From positions 450,001-482,000 of the forward strand of contig NW_008806276.1 in the NCBI RefSeq assembly GCF_000400465.1: a DNA stretch of 32,000 nt, written 5' to 3'. How positions within the stretch are numbered: the stretch's first letter is position 1; each line of letters begins with the position of its first letter. The notes beneath the pieces were generated by a model. That model was not told the DNA's origin and did no database searches. It saw only the letters and a program-made list of their open reading frames with translations. This document shows, piece by piece, positions 20,801-32,000 of this stretch. Made by a program: the position numbers and the translations under genes. The DNA comes from Wallemia ichthyophaga EXF-994. Lineage: Eukaryota > Fungi > Basidiomycota.

Positions 20801-21300
20801 AGAGTGGTCATCTGTCTAAACCTGAGTGGCTGGGGAGGCATTTGAGGCTGTCTGATGAACTGAGGCTGCTGTCTCTGTATAACTTGAGGAGGGAGTGGTT
20901 GAATGTGACGCTGCTGTTGAAATTGCTGTTGCTGAGCTTGTTGCTGAGCTTGCTGCTGCTGAAGAGCATTCAAAGAAAGCAAAGTATCAGTCGCTGTCCT
21001 GTAATCTTGATTACAATCAGCCAAAACCCGTTCAACGAGTGGAAGTTGATCAGGTCTAAAGCCAAGAGTGCGAACAAAGCGCTGAGCCATAGATTCCTCT
21101 ACAACGGGTCTATAAAATGAGGGATTTGGCATTAAATTTAGCGGTTGTTGAGGAGGTGGCTGCATGAGGTTTGGGTTGAAGATGGGGAATGAGTTAGTCA
21201 TATAATCATAATTCTGTTGATCTGGCTGCTGTGGAACTTGCGGCTGATTAGGATCAAAGTAAGTCGGAAACCCGAACGGATTATAGTTGTTGAAATTCAT
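17875..21300 (-). CDS. FUN30: SNF2-family chromatin remodeller Fun30/SMARCAD1, 3 exons
   Basis: GILADEMGLGKT, FDEGHMLKN, LLLTGTPLQNNL, PFVLRRKK, LRKAANHPLLFR, FLLSTKAGGLGINL and QAGDRAFRIGQ, plus a CUE-like segment in the N-terminal region. Confidence 0.85.
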
Positions 21301-21377
21301 CCTAGCTGCTGGTCACCGTTGAAAGCAGAGAGAGAGATGCATGCGTAGACATATCAATGTAAAAATATTAAAACATT

Positions 21378-22124
21378 TTATTTATCTTCTAAGCTTAACG
21401 CTGAGTTGTCTGCTCTATTTCCAGTTTTCTTCTGCGCTGGTGAAGCCTCTGAGCCATACCGCAAAAGTCCAGCGAATCCAAAGAGTAGCCCAAATAAGCT
21501 GAAAGTGTGCATATATCTCCAGAATGTTGAGTCCTTAAGAAATTTGTTATCAACCGATCCATCTTCTCTCTTCCCCGGCCGACTTCGACGCTGATAAATA
21601 TCTGTCCACCACGCGTGAGAGCGAGCTGAGTCATTAAAATAGCTCGATTCCTGCTGGTATTTCTTCCAATTACTCCTCTGTTGTGCTTGATGCTTTCCTT
21701 GCTGTGTCCACGCGTAATTTGCTCTCTGCCTGCGCCTATTATCTAAACCTGCATTTGAAGGATATCCGTATGGTGTAATAGGTGTGCTATCCATCTGCCT
21801 ATCATAATTACGCCTATTTATCCCTTAATAACTCGGAAATGGTGAATACTAGCACCACTTACCTCGACGGCGCATCACCGAGTATCGAATAAGCTTCAGT
21901 AATGGACTGATACACACGCTTAGCATCTGGGCTGTCATTCTTATCTGGGTGATACTCCTTGCTTAACTAGGCCGCGTTAGTATTCTCCCCATAGCCAAAG
22001 GAAAACTCACCGTGTAAAATGCTGTCTTTATCTGCTGTGGCGTTGCAGAAGCGCTCAAATTGAGCGTCTCATAATGATTAAGAATTCTTCTGCTTATGCT
22101 TAAATATCTCCGCCACTCGTTCAT
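21378..22124 (-). CDS. J-domain (DnaJ) protein with likely mitochondrial presequence and C-terminal hydrophobic segment, 3 exons
   Basis: Spliced NHYETLNLSASATPQQIKTAFYTLSKEYHPDKN...ITEAYSILGD with the HPD motif. N-terminus MNEWRRYLSISRRIL; FSLFGLLFGFAGLL near the end. Confidence 0.85.
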
Positions 22125-22219
22125 TTTCCAAGCAGACGACGTCACTGTAAGAGATCCATCTTGCTCCTTGACGACGATCATCTAACAAATTATATCCACT
22201 GAAACGCCTTTAATAAAAA

Positions 22220-22684
22220 ATGTCCGATTATAACTACAATGACGTTCTCCTCCTCACCATTTCTGATCCAAATCCTGTCTACAATATCGTTCAGGTTTTC
22301 GGCGCAGTTTTCGAGTCAACCGTTGAGGATCTTAGCAGACCTTCTTCTCCTGTCTCCGCTCAGGCTCCTGCTTTCGGCATGTCCTCTCTTAAAATTGAAG
22401 ACAAGGCTTCCGACCCTTCTGAGGAAATAAAAAAGAGATCAGAGAGGTATCGCGAGAGAGCTCTCGACAGGCTAAAGGAAGCCGCTAGAGAAAAGGGTGG
22501 AAACGGCGTTATCGGCGTCAAGTGCGAATATACCCCTTCAGGCGTACGTCTTGGTTGTTCAACTACGTCATTTGCTAACTCCGACTTTCAGTTCGACGGT
22601 GACGTACAGCTCTTCGAATGGGTGGCCTCCGGAACTGTTGTTTTGCTCAAGCTTAAGCAACAAATGGTTAGAATGGGTCAATAA
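22220..22684 (+). CDS. YbjQ/UPF0145-family (putative heavy-metal-binding) protein; probable in-frame intron 22544-22591
   Basis: RERALDRLKEAAREKGGNGVIGVK...WVASGTVV matches the UPF0145 core. GTACGT...GCTAAC...TTTCAG 48-nt intron. Confidence 0.8.
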   Translation: MSDYNYNDVLLLTISDPNPVYNIVQVFGAVFESTVEDLSRPSSPVSAQAPAFGMSSLKIEDKASDPSEEIKKRSERYRERALDRLKEAAREKGGNGVIGVKCEYTPSGVRLGCSTTSFANSDFQFDGDVQLFEWVASGTVVLLKLKQQMVRMGQ

Positions 22685-22730
22685 AACTAAACTTTCCATA
22701 GTTTACAATCTTTTTCATCATGTATTAACT

Positions 22731-24991
22731 TCATTCGGCTTCTTCGTTACCGTTGTGTTGCTTTTGTGTCTTCCAAGCATGTGCCATTTCTAAGAACTTG
22801 AGTGATGCTGGGTTACTCTGTGTCTCGTCATCTGCAAACAGCATATCAAAGTACTCTTCAACTCCATCGTCTGTGTTGCGCCATTTCTTCACTACCCTTG
22901 GCATTTTACTTTGTACTTTTTCAACCGTTGTATTGTCACCATTCTCACTTTCAAACTCCTTCCATGACTCCAGCAAAACAACTCTCTTAAATATCTCGTT
23001 AATATAATTCTTCCTCCGTAATGCAAACATACCTCTTCTTTAAGTCCACGCTCCTTGAGGCTGTTGTAGCCTCTCTCGTAAACCCTCCGTGCCTTCTCCT
23101 CTCTAGGCTCATCATCTTCACCTTGCTCATTATCAATTTCATTCTTTTCAAAATGTGCATATGCGATCCAGACTTTGACGTGACTGGTGCGATCAAGTAG
23201 TCTATCATACAGACTCCTAACCGTGTTTCTACTTGACTCGCCCTCTTCAATCGCCTCTGTCTCAAAGTCGATATAGGCCTTCCATAGTACTAAATGAGAC
23301 TGTTAACAATCTTATAGAAATGCATGGCTTTGACCTACGTTCTGGCATATCCAACGCATCTTGACCTACTGCCAACTCGAATATGGATCGAGCACGACCT
23401 GTGTCACCGAGCTCTGCTTCTAGCTGTGCAAACCGTATCCATGCTGAGCAATTAGAGTAGTCGAACTCCAGATACTTTTCATAAAGTGCTCTAATTCTGT
23501 CGAATTCCCTTAACTCAAACTCCAGATCTATGTATGCTTTAAACAGTCTCTCCTTTGGACACATTCCAATAGCTTGACCGAATATTTTCCTTGCTCCAAT
23601 TAAATTCAATCTTCTTATCTCAAATCTCGCATATTGATTCCAGAGCTTGGCAAAAGTAAATTGCTTGTGTGGAACGAGAGCAATCGCAGTCTGATAAACG
23701 ACTCTAGCCCTATCAAAATCCTTAACATCAGCCTCTTCAAAGATTGCATAAGATAGCCAGATAAAGATGTACCTCCGCCAATGTCTCTTCTCGTTGGATG
23801 GTGGAACTTGCGATACCGCCCTCTCATACAATTCTCTCGTCCTAGCGAGAGCGTCCTCTTTAGTAGCATCTTCTTCCATCCTGTAAGAGTACTCCTCCAG
23901 CTTGAGGTACTCGAACCAAGTATCATAATTGCTAGGCTCTGCAGTGACCTCCGCCTCATATTGCAACCTCCGCTTACCCAGAACTGTGGCCTCTACACCA
24001 CTCCTGGATCCATATTGCTTCTCGAATCTAGTGTACGCTCCGAAAAGATCAGCGCTCTTGCTCTGCGGTAATCTCGACAGTGCGTATTTATAAATAACTC
24101 TAGCTCTATCAAATTCCTTAGCTCTCGTCTCCATTTTCGCGAATGCATTGAATACGCTCTGCGCTTTCTCTATCTGTTCTTCAGAATCACCGAAAAACTC
24201 TAAAGCCATCTGAAATATCTCTCTAGCACGATCGAATTTGCCTCTATCTTCCTCGTAACGCGCCCATTTCACCCACAACTTTGGTTCTGGCCGTATACCG
24301 ATGAGACGCTCGTAGAGGCCGCTAACACGCTCCCACTCTTGGTAGCGCTCTTCAAGCTTGATATAGGCTGACCATGCCTTATCGTCCGGCTGCCACGACA
24401 TCCATCGCTCGAATACCTGACGCGCACCTGCGATATTACCAATGAGCTCTTCCATGTGGACATACTTGTACCAGAATTGATTGATGCGCGGGAGGAGGGT
24501 GACTACACGATCGAAAAGATTACGAGCGTGGTTGATGTTTCTAGCTTTGAGCTCCTGGGGTTGTTGAGTGAGATTGGTGGATAGTCAGAGGTATATAGCT
24601 CACCATATCAATGTACTGCAACCATAATTGGTGAGCGACGGGCTCGACATCAAGAGCTCTCTCCCAAACAGAACGTGCACGGTCATACTCGCCCTGTGTA
24701 GCCTCCCATTTAGCGTAAGTAGCCCACGTTTTGAGCTGCCCGATTGGTTAGAAAGAAAGACGCCAAGGAAGATAAACTCACGTCTATTCTGAGCATACGG
24801 ATACGCTCTTCAAACTCTCTCCTTTTGCGTCCCTGGAATTCATTGAGCTCCTCAAAATCCTGCAGACGCTGTCTGGAAGGCTGGAGCTGTGGATCTTGTC
24901 GCTCATTGGCCTCACGCAGAAGCTGCTCTGCAGTGATTTGTACATTGGCTGGGAGCCTGTTCTTTACTCTCGGTGCGCGTTCCTCTTGCAT
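22731..24991 (-). CDS. CLF1: Crooked-neck HAT-repeat splicing factor Clf1/Syf3, 5 exons
   Basis: [47 protein letters not shown] and FLEMAHAWK, with HAT repeats throughout. Confidence 0.95.
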
Positions 24992-25171
24992 CTCGCAAAT
25001 GAGCGTCGATGAGCAAGATGTAAATTGGCGTTTAAATTGATTTGATTGGTTTTTACGGTAGATTGAGATCATTTGGCTAATCTGATTTATTCATTCCAAT
25101 CCAAATTCAATCCACATTGGAATGCACGTTTTCCATATTGGCTCATTAGCATATTGACTCGTTTACATACT

Positions 25172-26440
25172 ATGAAGACATTCTCTTTTGCCTTTTTAGG
25201 CGCATTAGCTACTGCTGCATCTGCTTCATCCGATCTTCTCTTGGAGAAAGTCGGCAAGCCTGACTTCGGTGGTCAATTTGGTCCTTCTCTGAAAGTAGAG
25301 CATCTCTTCTACGATCTCTTCCCAGCCGGTGTGGCTGTCACACAATCTGGAAGAATGTTCTCTACATTCCCACGCGGTCCTGGAAACAACTACACTCTGG
25401 CTGAGTTGGTCAATATCGGGATGGACGAGGCTTTTCCTTCTTTGGAAGCAAACACCCTCCCTGCATTACAAAATGCTTCTAACCCTGGCTACTCCGCTTC
25501 TTACGACGACCTGCTCGTTAGTTGTCAGGGAATCGTAGTCGATGCGATGGACCGTTTGTGGGTATTAGATACAGGACGCGCAAGTGGAGCACAGCTACAG
25601 CCATGGGGAAGCAAGTTATTGGCTTACGATACTGGTAAAGATGCATCCACCGAGCCTGTCGAGAGTAAGTTTAATTTTCACTTGTGAGACACTCAATTTA
25701 GTCTCTTAGAAATCATTCTATCCCCAGATGTCGCCTTCCCAAGCACCTATCTCAACGACTTGCGTATAGATCTCTCAAAGAATGACAAAGGTGTTGTCTA
25801 TATAACTGATTCTTCAGATGAAGGAAGAACGGGTATGATAGTAGTAGACATAGCCACCGGCGAGGCATGGCGTCACCTCGATATCCACCCATCCACACGT
25901 CCAGACACAGATGCCATTTTCTCATTCAAAGGTCAATCCGTTTATGCCACTTCGGACACCAACAAAGGGTTCTGGACGACAGGTATTGATGGAATTGCAC
26001 TAAGTGCAGATGGCGAGTGGATATACTACACACCCATGACTTCTCGCAAGGTATACAGAGTCCCAAGTGAGAAGCTGCGCACAAAGCCAAGTACTTTAAA
26101 CACAAACGCTAAACATGCCGCGGATGCAGCAGTCGAGTTCCTCGGTCAGAAGGGTAGCTGCAACGATGGTATGGAGACCGACAGTAACGGGCTCATATAT
26201 TTCGGCGCACCCGAACAAGATGGCATACAAACCTACGATCCATCTACTGGATTATTTGGAGACTTAATCCACAATCACCACATCACATGGCCTGATACTC
26301 TCTCTATTGCGGACCACAAGCTCTATTGGATTGATAACCAATTCTATCTTCAGGACAGGTTCTGGAATGGTACTGATAGGACGGTCAAGCCATACACACT
26401 TTACAGTATCGATATTAATGCTACGTCAGTACACATGTAA
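25172..26440 (+). CDS. Secreted major-royal-jelly/yellow-family beta-propeller protein, 2 exons
   Basis: Signal peptide MKTFSFAFLGALATAASA; GVAVTQSGRMFSTFPR, VVDAMDRLWVLDTG, YLNDLRIDL...YITDSS, GIDGIALSADGEWIYY and WPDTLSI. Confidence 0.85.
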
Positions 26441-26469
26441 ACGGCGTAATTTCATGATATACATAACGT

Positions 26470-27219
26470 TTAATCTAAATCATCGTAATCTCTTTCGTCT
26501 TCATTAAGGTCTATGAATTCGCGTCGGTATGTTCGACTAGGAGGATTATCGCTGACTATGTGTGCATCTGGAGGTGATCTTTTAGGCAGAAATCTCTCTT
26601 TAGGCATACTGGAATTTGGTGAGCTAACCAATTGAGGATAGACAAGAAAGGGTATAACATACAGTACTATTCTGTGCTGGTGAGCTGAAGAATCACTAGA
26701 TAAGAGCCATTGTTCTACCAAATTAAGATTGCGGAGGTTGGCTTTAAACAAGAAGTCAAAAAAGGCTCCGACCCAGGGCACTAGTCCCACCAAAACGTCA
26801 AACACAACGTTGATCCACTTGAGAACGTCATCAGCAACATAATAAACTGCGCTTATTCTCACCATTCTATAAACTACCATTCTAGGCGGACCTAGTAAGG
26901 AAGCCAACCATATTTGATAAATACTTATCAACCCTGTTATCAAATCTCCCAAAATTGGAATTGCGAGTAAGTCGTCTAAACCGATGCGAACATTGATTCC
27001 TAGATCACTTATAATAGGCAAAGCATCCAAGTAAAAAGCATAAGTTCGGATTGCGTTATAAATCGCTTGAGCCTCTTTATGATTACGGGGTCGCCTTGGA
27101 AGTACGAGAAACGTTGGCTTAAACTCGTACCATCGTCTAAATGGGTTCCTAAGACTACTAAAGCTGATTTCGTTCCGGAAGAACTGCAAAACAAGCTGGA
27201 TGATACCCCAAGATGTCAT
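26470..27219 (-). CDS. DUF4112-family membrane protein; probable in-frame introns 26818-26862 and 26609-26662
   Basis: AFYLDA...RIGLDDLLAIPILGDLI...VGLVPWVGAFFDFLFKANLRNLNLVE. An alternative ATG lies at 27264. Confidence 0.8.
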   Translation of the reverse strand: MTSWGIIQLVLQFFRNEISFSSLRNPFRRWYEFKPTFLVLPRRPRNHKEAQAIYNAIRTYAFYLDALPIISDLGINVRIGLDDLLAIPILGDLITGLISIYQIWLASLLGPPRMVVYRMVRISAVYYVADDVLKWINVVFDVLVGLVPWVGAFFDFLFKANLRNLNLVEQWLLSSDSSAHQHRIVLYVIPFLVYPQLVSSPNSSMPKERFLPKRSPPDAHIVSDNPPSRTYRREFIDLNEDERDYDDLD

Positions 27220-27269
27220 AGTTACGTAATAAGAATGAATTTCTATAAAATAAGTTACAGTCATGGAGT

Positions 27270-30259
27270 TTACTTTTTCTTCTTGGTTGGACGAGCGTTC
27301 TTCTCTTTACGCTTGTTAGCCATTTCACGCTGCTTCCTGATAGCATCGACGCTCTTAATTTCACTCTTCTTGTTAGACGCATTACCGCCTCTCCTAGCTT
27401 TGCCATCAGAAGCAGCGCCATCTGGATTATTCTTCTTGTTGCGGTTCTGTACCTTCTTTTCGTAATTCTTATCCTTCTTATCGAGTGGTTTTGCTTCTGT
27501 CGTCTTGTGGTGTCTGTACTTCTTTCCACCAAGGCCACCGTTCATGTTCATTGCTAAGGCTTTGTGATTTTTCTCCTCTGTCTCTCCTGTACGTGGTAGC
27601 TCCATCTTGTGTTTCTTTCTCCATTCGTCAAACTTGCCAGATTTAAATGTTGCCGGTAAGCGTGTACCTGATTCTGTCTTGATAAGCTTCTGGTTGTCTG
27701 AACCAACACCTCCACCTCGGACAAAGTTCTTTTTCTTTTTGTCCCACTTTACCTGCGATGGTGCTGTTTTGTTCACCTTCAGTTGCTCGTCATCCATCAA
27801 GTTAACTTCAGCGGAGCGTGCTTGCTCTGCAAATGTTACACCGTCTTGTAAAGAATATCTGGTGAATAAATGGTTAGCCTTGTAATACTTTATTTATAAC
27901 AGCCTACCCTTTGTCAGTGTGAGCATCTGCGTGTTCATAGCCCATGTAGAAATTTGGATCACGGAAGTCCTTCTTCTGCTTTTTCTTACTACCAGTATCG
28001 AAAACAGCCTGTATTGGGCGTCAGATGAGTACAAAGAGACAGACCACAACCTACCTCTATATCATCTTCATCAGCTTGCTCCTGCTCTTGCACATCTCTG
28101 TCTGCCTCCTTGGTGGTGTCACCTGGCGCAACTTCACCGTCCGCTTCTTCAGCAATAGCTTTCTCTTTCTCCTTCAAATGTAATCTATACTCAGCTTTAG
28201 CGAGATCCTTTCTTCTCTCTTTCATCAGCTTAGCACTGTCGTTGTTACCACGATGGCCAATCTCGAAAACAGTCTCATTAGGTCTGAAGCCATTTACAAC
28301 CGAAAGTAAATCAGCTCTTTTCTGGGCAGTTTCATCGTCAACTTGCATAGTTTCTGCAGCTGTACCTTCAAATGCTGGATGCATTGCTCGATCTTCTCCT
28401 GATGTTCCAGCAAATCCCCATCTCGCATCTTTGATGATATCCTTTGCACGTCTATATGATTCTGTTGAAGCCTTACCCTGACTGCGTTCATATAGACCAT
28501 GACCACGCATCATGACACCGTGCAAAGCTGTGAGGTTTGGTGCTTCGTTGAGTATTGGTGCACCAAGGTACTCCACGTAAGGATCAAGTGTATCTCTTGG
28601 GATAGTACCGATTGTAAGTGTATTCTTGGATGCAAGCTCTTCAGCTTTGTCTCTGTTAGTGGGCGAGGTTGGTGATACCAACGGTCTGGCCAAGAAGAGC
28701 GAGAGGTCGAGCAAGTAAGGCAATTCGGAGTTTGTGATAAATGACCAAGCAGTACCCTTTCTACCTGCTCTTGCTGTTCTACCAACTCTGTGGACGAAAA
28801 TTCTAGCACCAGTAGGGAAATCGTAGTTGCTATAGTTTATGAGCTTTATTCATAGCTTAGCAATACCTCAAACTCACATAACGTTTTCACATCCAGGCAA
28901 ATCTATACCTCTCGCGGCAACATCAGTAACAACCAGAATGGTTGATATACCCCTCCTAAATTGATCCATTTGCATCTGACGAGCAGTTTGATCTAGGGAA
29001 CCATAAATGTGTGCAACTGCAAAACCAGCAGCTTTGAGTAATGTGTTGAGATATTCGACGTGATGCTTTGTAGCCGTGAAGATCATGGTTTGGAATGGTT
29101 TCAAAAATGAAGGCATAGGTGTTTTTTTGCGCTTTTTTTCCTTGTCATCTTTACTGGATACTTTCTGAGCATCCTGAAAACCGGGTGGAACCTTGATAAC
29201 ATCCTTTAGTAAAGCCAGTAAGGCGCTGTCCTTGTCTGAAGGCTTGACGCTTAAGAAAGCCATCTCTAAATCTTCGCTGACTTTAGACTCTGCGTCTAAT
29301 CTGACCAGCTTGGGGTCAACAAGACCAGCTTTAGCAAACTCGACGAGGGTCTTTGGTAAGGTAGCTGAGAAGAGCAGTGTTTGACGGTTTGTAGGAAGCC
29401 TTGAAATGAGTTCATGAAGTTGAAGCTGAAAACCCATTTCGAACAAGCGATCAGCTTCATCGAAGACAACATACTCAACACTCTTCAAGTCCAGGTTCAT
29501 CTCTACAACCAAGTGGAGTAATCTACCAGGTGTTGCGATGATTACGTCAGGATTGCTAGCAATTAAAGAGAATTGATCGTCTAAGCTCTCACCACCGACA
29601 ATAACAGACCAGCGTATCTCTTCTTGGCCTTCTCCCATTTCTTTCTTGTAGCCTTTGACAAGTTCCTTACCTACACGCAATATCTGCAAGGCTAATTCAC
29701 GAGAAGGTGCGAGGATCAGCGACCTTGCACCGAATCTTATAGAGTGCTGAGCGCCTAGCTTTTGTACCAGAGGGATAAGATATGCAAGAGTCTTACCAGA
29801 GCCCGTACGAGCCATACCGACGAGATCCCTGGGAGGTGTAGACAAAATTGGGGGGATAGTCTGACGCTGAATGGGTGTAGGCTGATTGAAACCGCGCAAG
29901 AAGAGTGAACGCAGGAGAGAAGGATTCAATCCTGAGGGCATGTGAGCTGAGTGTGATTAGCTACACCGCAAAAACTCACCCATCGACTGGAAGCTGCCAC
30001 CGCCGACTTGAGCTTTAGCTTTTGGGCCTTTAGCTTTGCCTTTGTTGAGCTCCTTTGCAACTTCCTTTCCTTTGTTTTTATTGGCAGATTGCATAACATC
30101 GAGAATAAACTGATCGTCATCATCGTCGTCCACCGTCTTCTTGGATGAAGATGGGAGCAAAGCGCTGGAGATATCGATATCTCTGTCATCGTTAAGTCCT
30201 TGCCCGGAATTATCAACGTCCTCGTCGTCGCTATTCATAAAATCTAAATTTCCCTTCAT
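27270..30259 (-). CDS. DBP10: DEAD-box RNA helicase Dbp10/DDX54, 5 exons
   Basis: [49 protein letters not shown] and the C-terminal [10 protein letters not shown]...[16 protein letters not shown] domain. Confidence 0.95.
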
Positions 30260-30297
30260 GACTGTCTGCGTTAAAGATTGGTTAAGCTTGAGCTGCC

Positions 30298-31531
30298 ATG
30301 TTTACAAAATATTTTGGCAGGGGATACAGCGTTGCGAGGAATACTCTACAATTTGCATATACTCAAATAACTCAATCACCAGATGATCAGCCTGCAGAAA
30401 TAAATCGTGAGACTGAGCACCAAGATAACGACTTTGAACGCGGCTCTGTGGATTCCAATTCGCAGGCAGACAGCGTGACCCACACTATCAGAGCTGGTAA
30501 TCGAAAGAACTTGCGCGCGAACCCACAGATAGAGTCGGGTCCAAGTGCGATGCCTGGCGAGACGAATGACGTAGAATACACTTATAGACCCCAATTTGCG
30601 ATAAACGAGTCCGAAGAGCTTGTCAATGGTGGGTAATATCGTATTGCACTGTTATTTGCTCATAAAATCTCAAGTCAAGTACACCACCCTTATCTGGCTA
30701 CATATCGTAACTCCAATATCCCTGCTCGTGCATTTCTCAATATTGGCTGGTATCATATTACATGCCTTTCCGACACATTTCAACCCCTTCATACCCATCT
30801 TCATTGGTGTCAGCGCTTGGATTGTTGCACAATCGCTGAAGCAGCCAATCTACCAATTTGTGGCGGCAGTTTCAAATTCAAGAAAGCTGCAAAACTCAAT
30901 TAATACTGTCATTCACACTTTTGCGTTGGATTTGGTTCGCTGGCAATCCCTTCTTATCGCCGTTCCTGATATAAGGGAAAATAGGGGTAATCATTCCAGC
31001 AGCTCATTCACAAGCCTCTCATGGTTTACGTTCGGATGGATCGCAGTCTCGCTCACGTTTTCAACATTTCAAGAATTTAAGAATCTCGCCTTGTATAAGG
31101 ATTTGCTGCCTATTCAGAAGCCGTTGCTGCCAATGGTAGACAACGAGAGTGAATACAGCACCGAGACGGCTTCATCCGCTACTCAAGAGCCTGATGACCT
31201 TGAGCACCAATTAATCACACTTCATAGCATGCGTGACAGGTGCACTTTAAGCGCTACATACGGACAACCATTTCCAAACATTCCCCTTCCAGGTTTTCTT
31301 TTCCCATTGTGGAGACTGGACACCCTGTTACTCGGTAGTGGCGTAACGCTCATTCTCGGTGCGCGCCCCAATTGGATAACCTACTTAACCGTTGCTTTGA
31401 TCAATACAGTTCATTCTTTCATCTGGCAGTTACTCCTACCTAAATTTGGACTGGGTGGACTGACGTGGATTAGTTTCATGTTTGCGACTATTATCTTCTT
31501 CATAGGTTTGGATCAATTTGGAATTGTTTAG
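30298..31531 (+). CDS. Uncharacterised multi-pass membrane protein, 2 exons (intron 30629-30674)
   Basis: The GTGGGT...CTCAAG intron joins ORF 30298-30636 in frame to ORF 30620-31531. About 6-8 hydrophobic segments follow a polar N-terminus. Start codon uncertain. Confidence 0.7.
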
Positions 31532-31608
31532 CTATTTGGTTGAGCTACCTTGTTTTGATTTACTTTCACTGTTGTAATTTTTACATGTATGATCGTACAA
31601 ATGCGCGT

Positions 31609-32000
31609 TTATATGCTTCCATGCGTGCGTAACTCTATATACCAATTATCTTTTTCGTATCCTTCTTGTACCACCTGTATCTTCACCTTGGATTGTACAC
31701 TAGCCTCCTCTGTGATGCATCTGAGCTCGCCCCTTTCAAACAAATGGTAGTAGCGGTTGTACACTCTTCCATCAGCCTTGTTCACCCAAGGTACCCAAAC
31801 ATCCAGCCCTTTGGAATTTGACGATGTCGTCGAATTTTCAGGAACAGCTCGCCTGCTATCTTCGCCTTGCTCTAAGGCCCAGACGTATACGAGAATTCTG
31901 CCTCCATTGAGGCATACCGAGTTTAATAAAGACTGTACTGACTCCACCCGACGTTTTTCAGTGGCTAAATGATGAATTGTCGCAATACTAATGGCGTAGT
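31609..32000 (-). CDS. TRM9: tRNA wobble-uridine methyltransferase Trm9-like (3' part; 5' end outside window)
   Basis: DYAISIATIHHLAT..RR...GGRILVYVWALEQ...DVWVPW...YNRYYHLF..GEL. Confidence 0.88.
   Translation of the reverse strand, partial: YAISIATIHHLATEKRRVESVQSLLNSVCLNGGRILVYVWALEQGEDSRRAVPENSTTSSNSKGLDVWVPWVNKADGRVYNRYYHLFERGELRCITEEASVQSKVKIQVVQEGYEKDNWYIELRTHGSI

Noticed and set aside
21857-21864. ACTTACCT resembling the U1 snRNA 5' end
   Set aside because: It is the reverse complement of the AG|GTAAGT donor in the J-protein gene.
4062-24991. PRP19 and CLF1 (both NineTeen complex) in one window as a functional cluster
   Set aside because: They are about 17 kb apart with many unrelated genes between them; chance is sufficient.
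2303-30259. Split ORFs as frameshifts or pseudogenes (CYB2-like, PRP19, FUN30, CLF1, DBP10, etc.)
   Set aside because: Every break I checked is explained by a short GT-AG intron that restores the frame.
1-32000. Transposons, CRISPR arrays, secondary-metabolite or defence clusters
   Set aside because: I saw no transposase or RT motifs, long terminal or inverted repeats, spaced direct repeats, or PKS/NRPS genes.

Overview
Eukaryotic DNA from a very gene-dense fungal genome. It holds about 21 intron-containing protein genes and one intron-containing tRNA-Ser(AGA) in 32 kb. Most introns are about 39-60 nt (GT...CTRAY...YAG), and many intergenic spacers are under 100 bp. This architecture and the basidiomycete-like proteins suggest a compact basidiomycete such as Wallemia (inference, not verified). 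Content is mostly housekeeping: ERV14, PTRHD1-like, clathrin light chain, flavocytochrome b2-like, PRP19, NAP-family chaperone, RPS23, eIF4E, MTM1-like carrier, ADE16/17, POP4, C2H2 transcription factor, PCL cyclin, FUN30, J-protein, YbjQ-like, CLF1, MRJP/yellow, DUF4112, DBP10, an unknown membrane protein and TRM9. I saw no mobile element, CRISPR array or accessory gene cluster. The most unusual signals concern RNA processing and targeting: (1) an RPS23 C-terminus that reconstructs only with a GC-AG intron plus a 3-nt microexon; (2) a PTRHD1-like intron with donor and branch point but no usable AG acceptor; (3) a presequence-less flavocytochrome b2 ending in peroxisomal SKL; (4) candidate structured RNA and C/D snoRNA between the zinc-finger gene and the tRNA; (5) gene spacings too short to hold separate promoters and terminators. 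All exon models were derived by hand and are unverified by transcript data.
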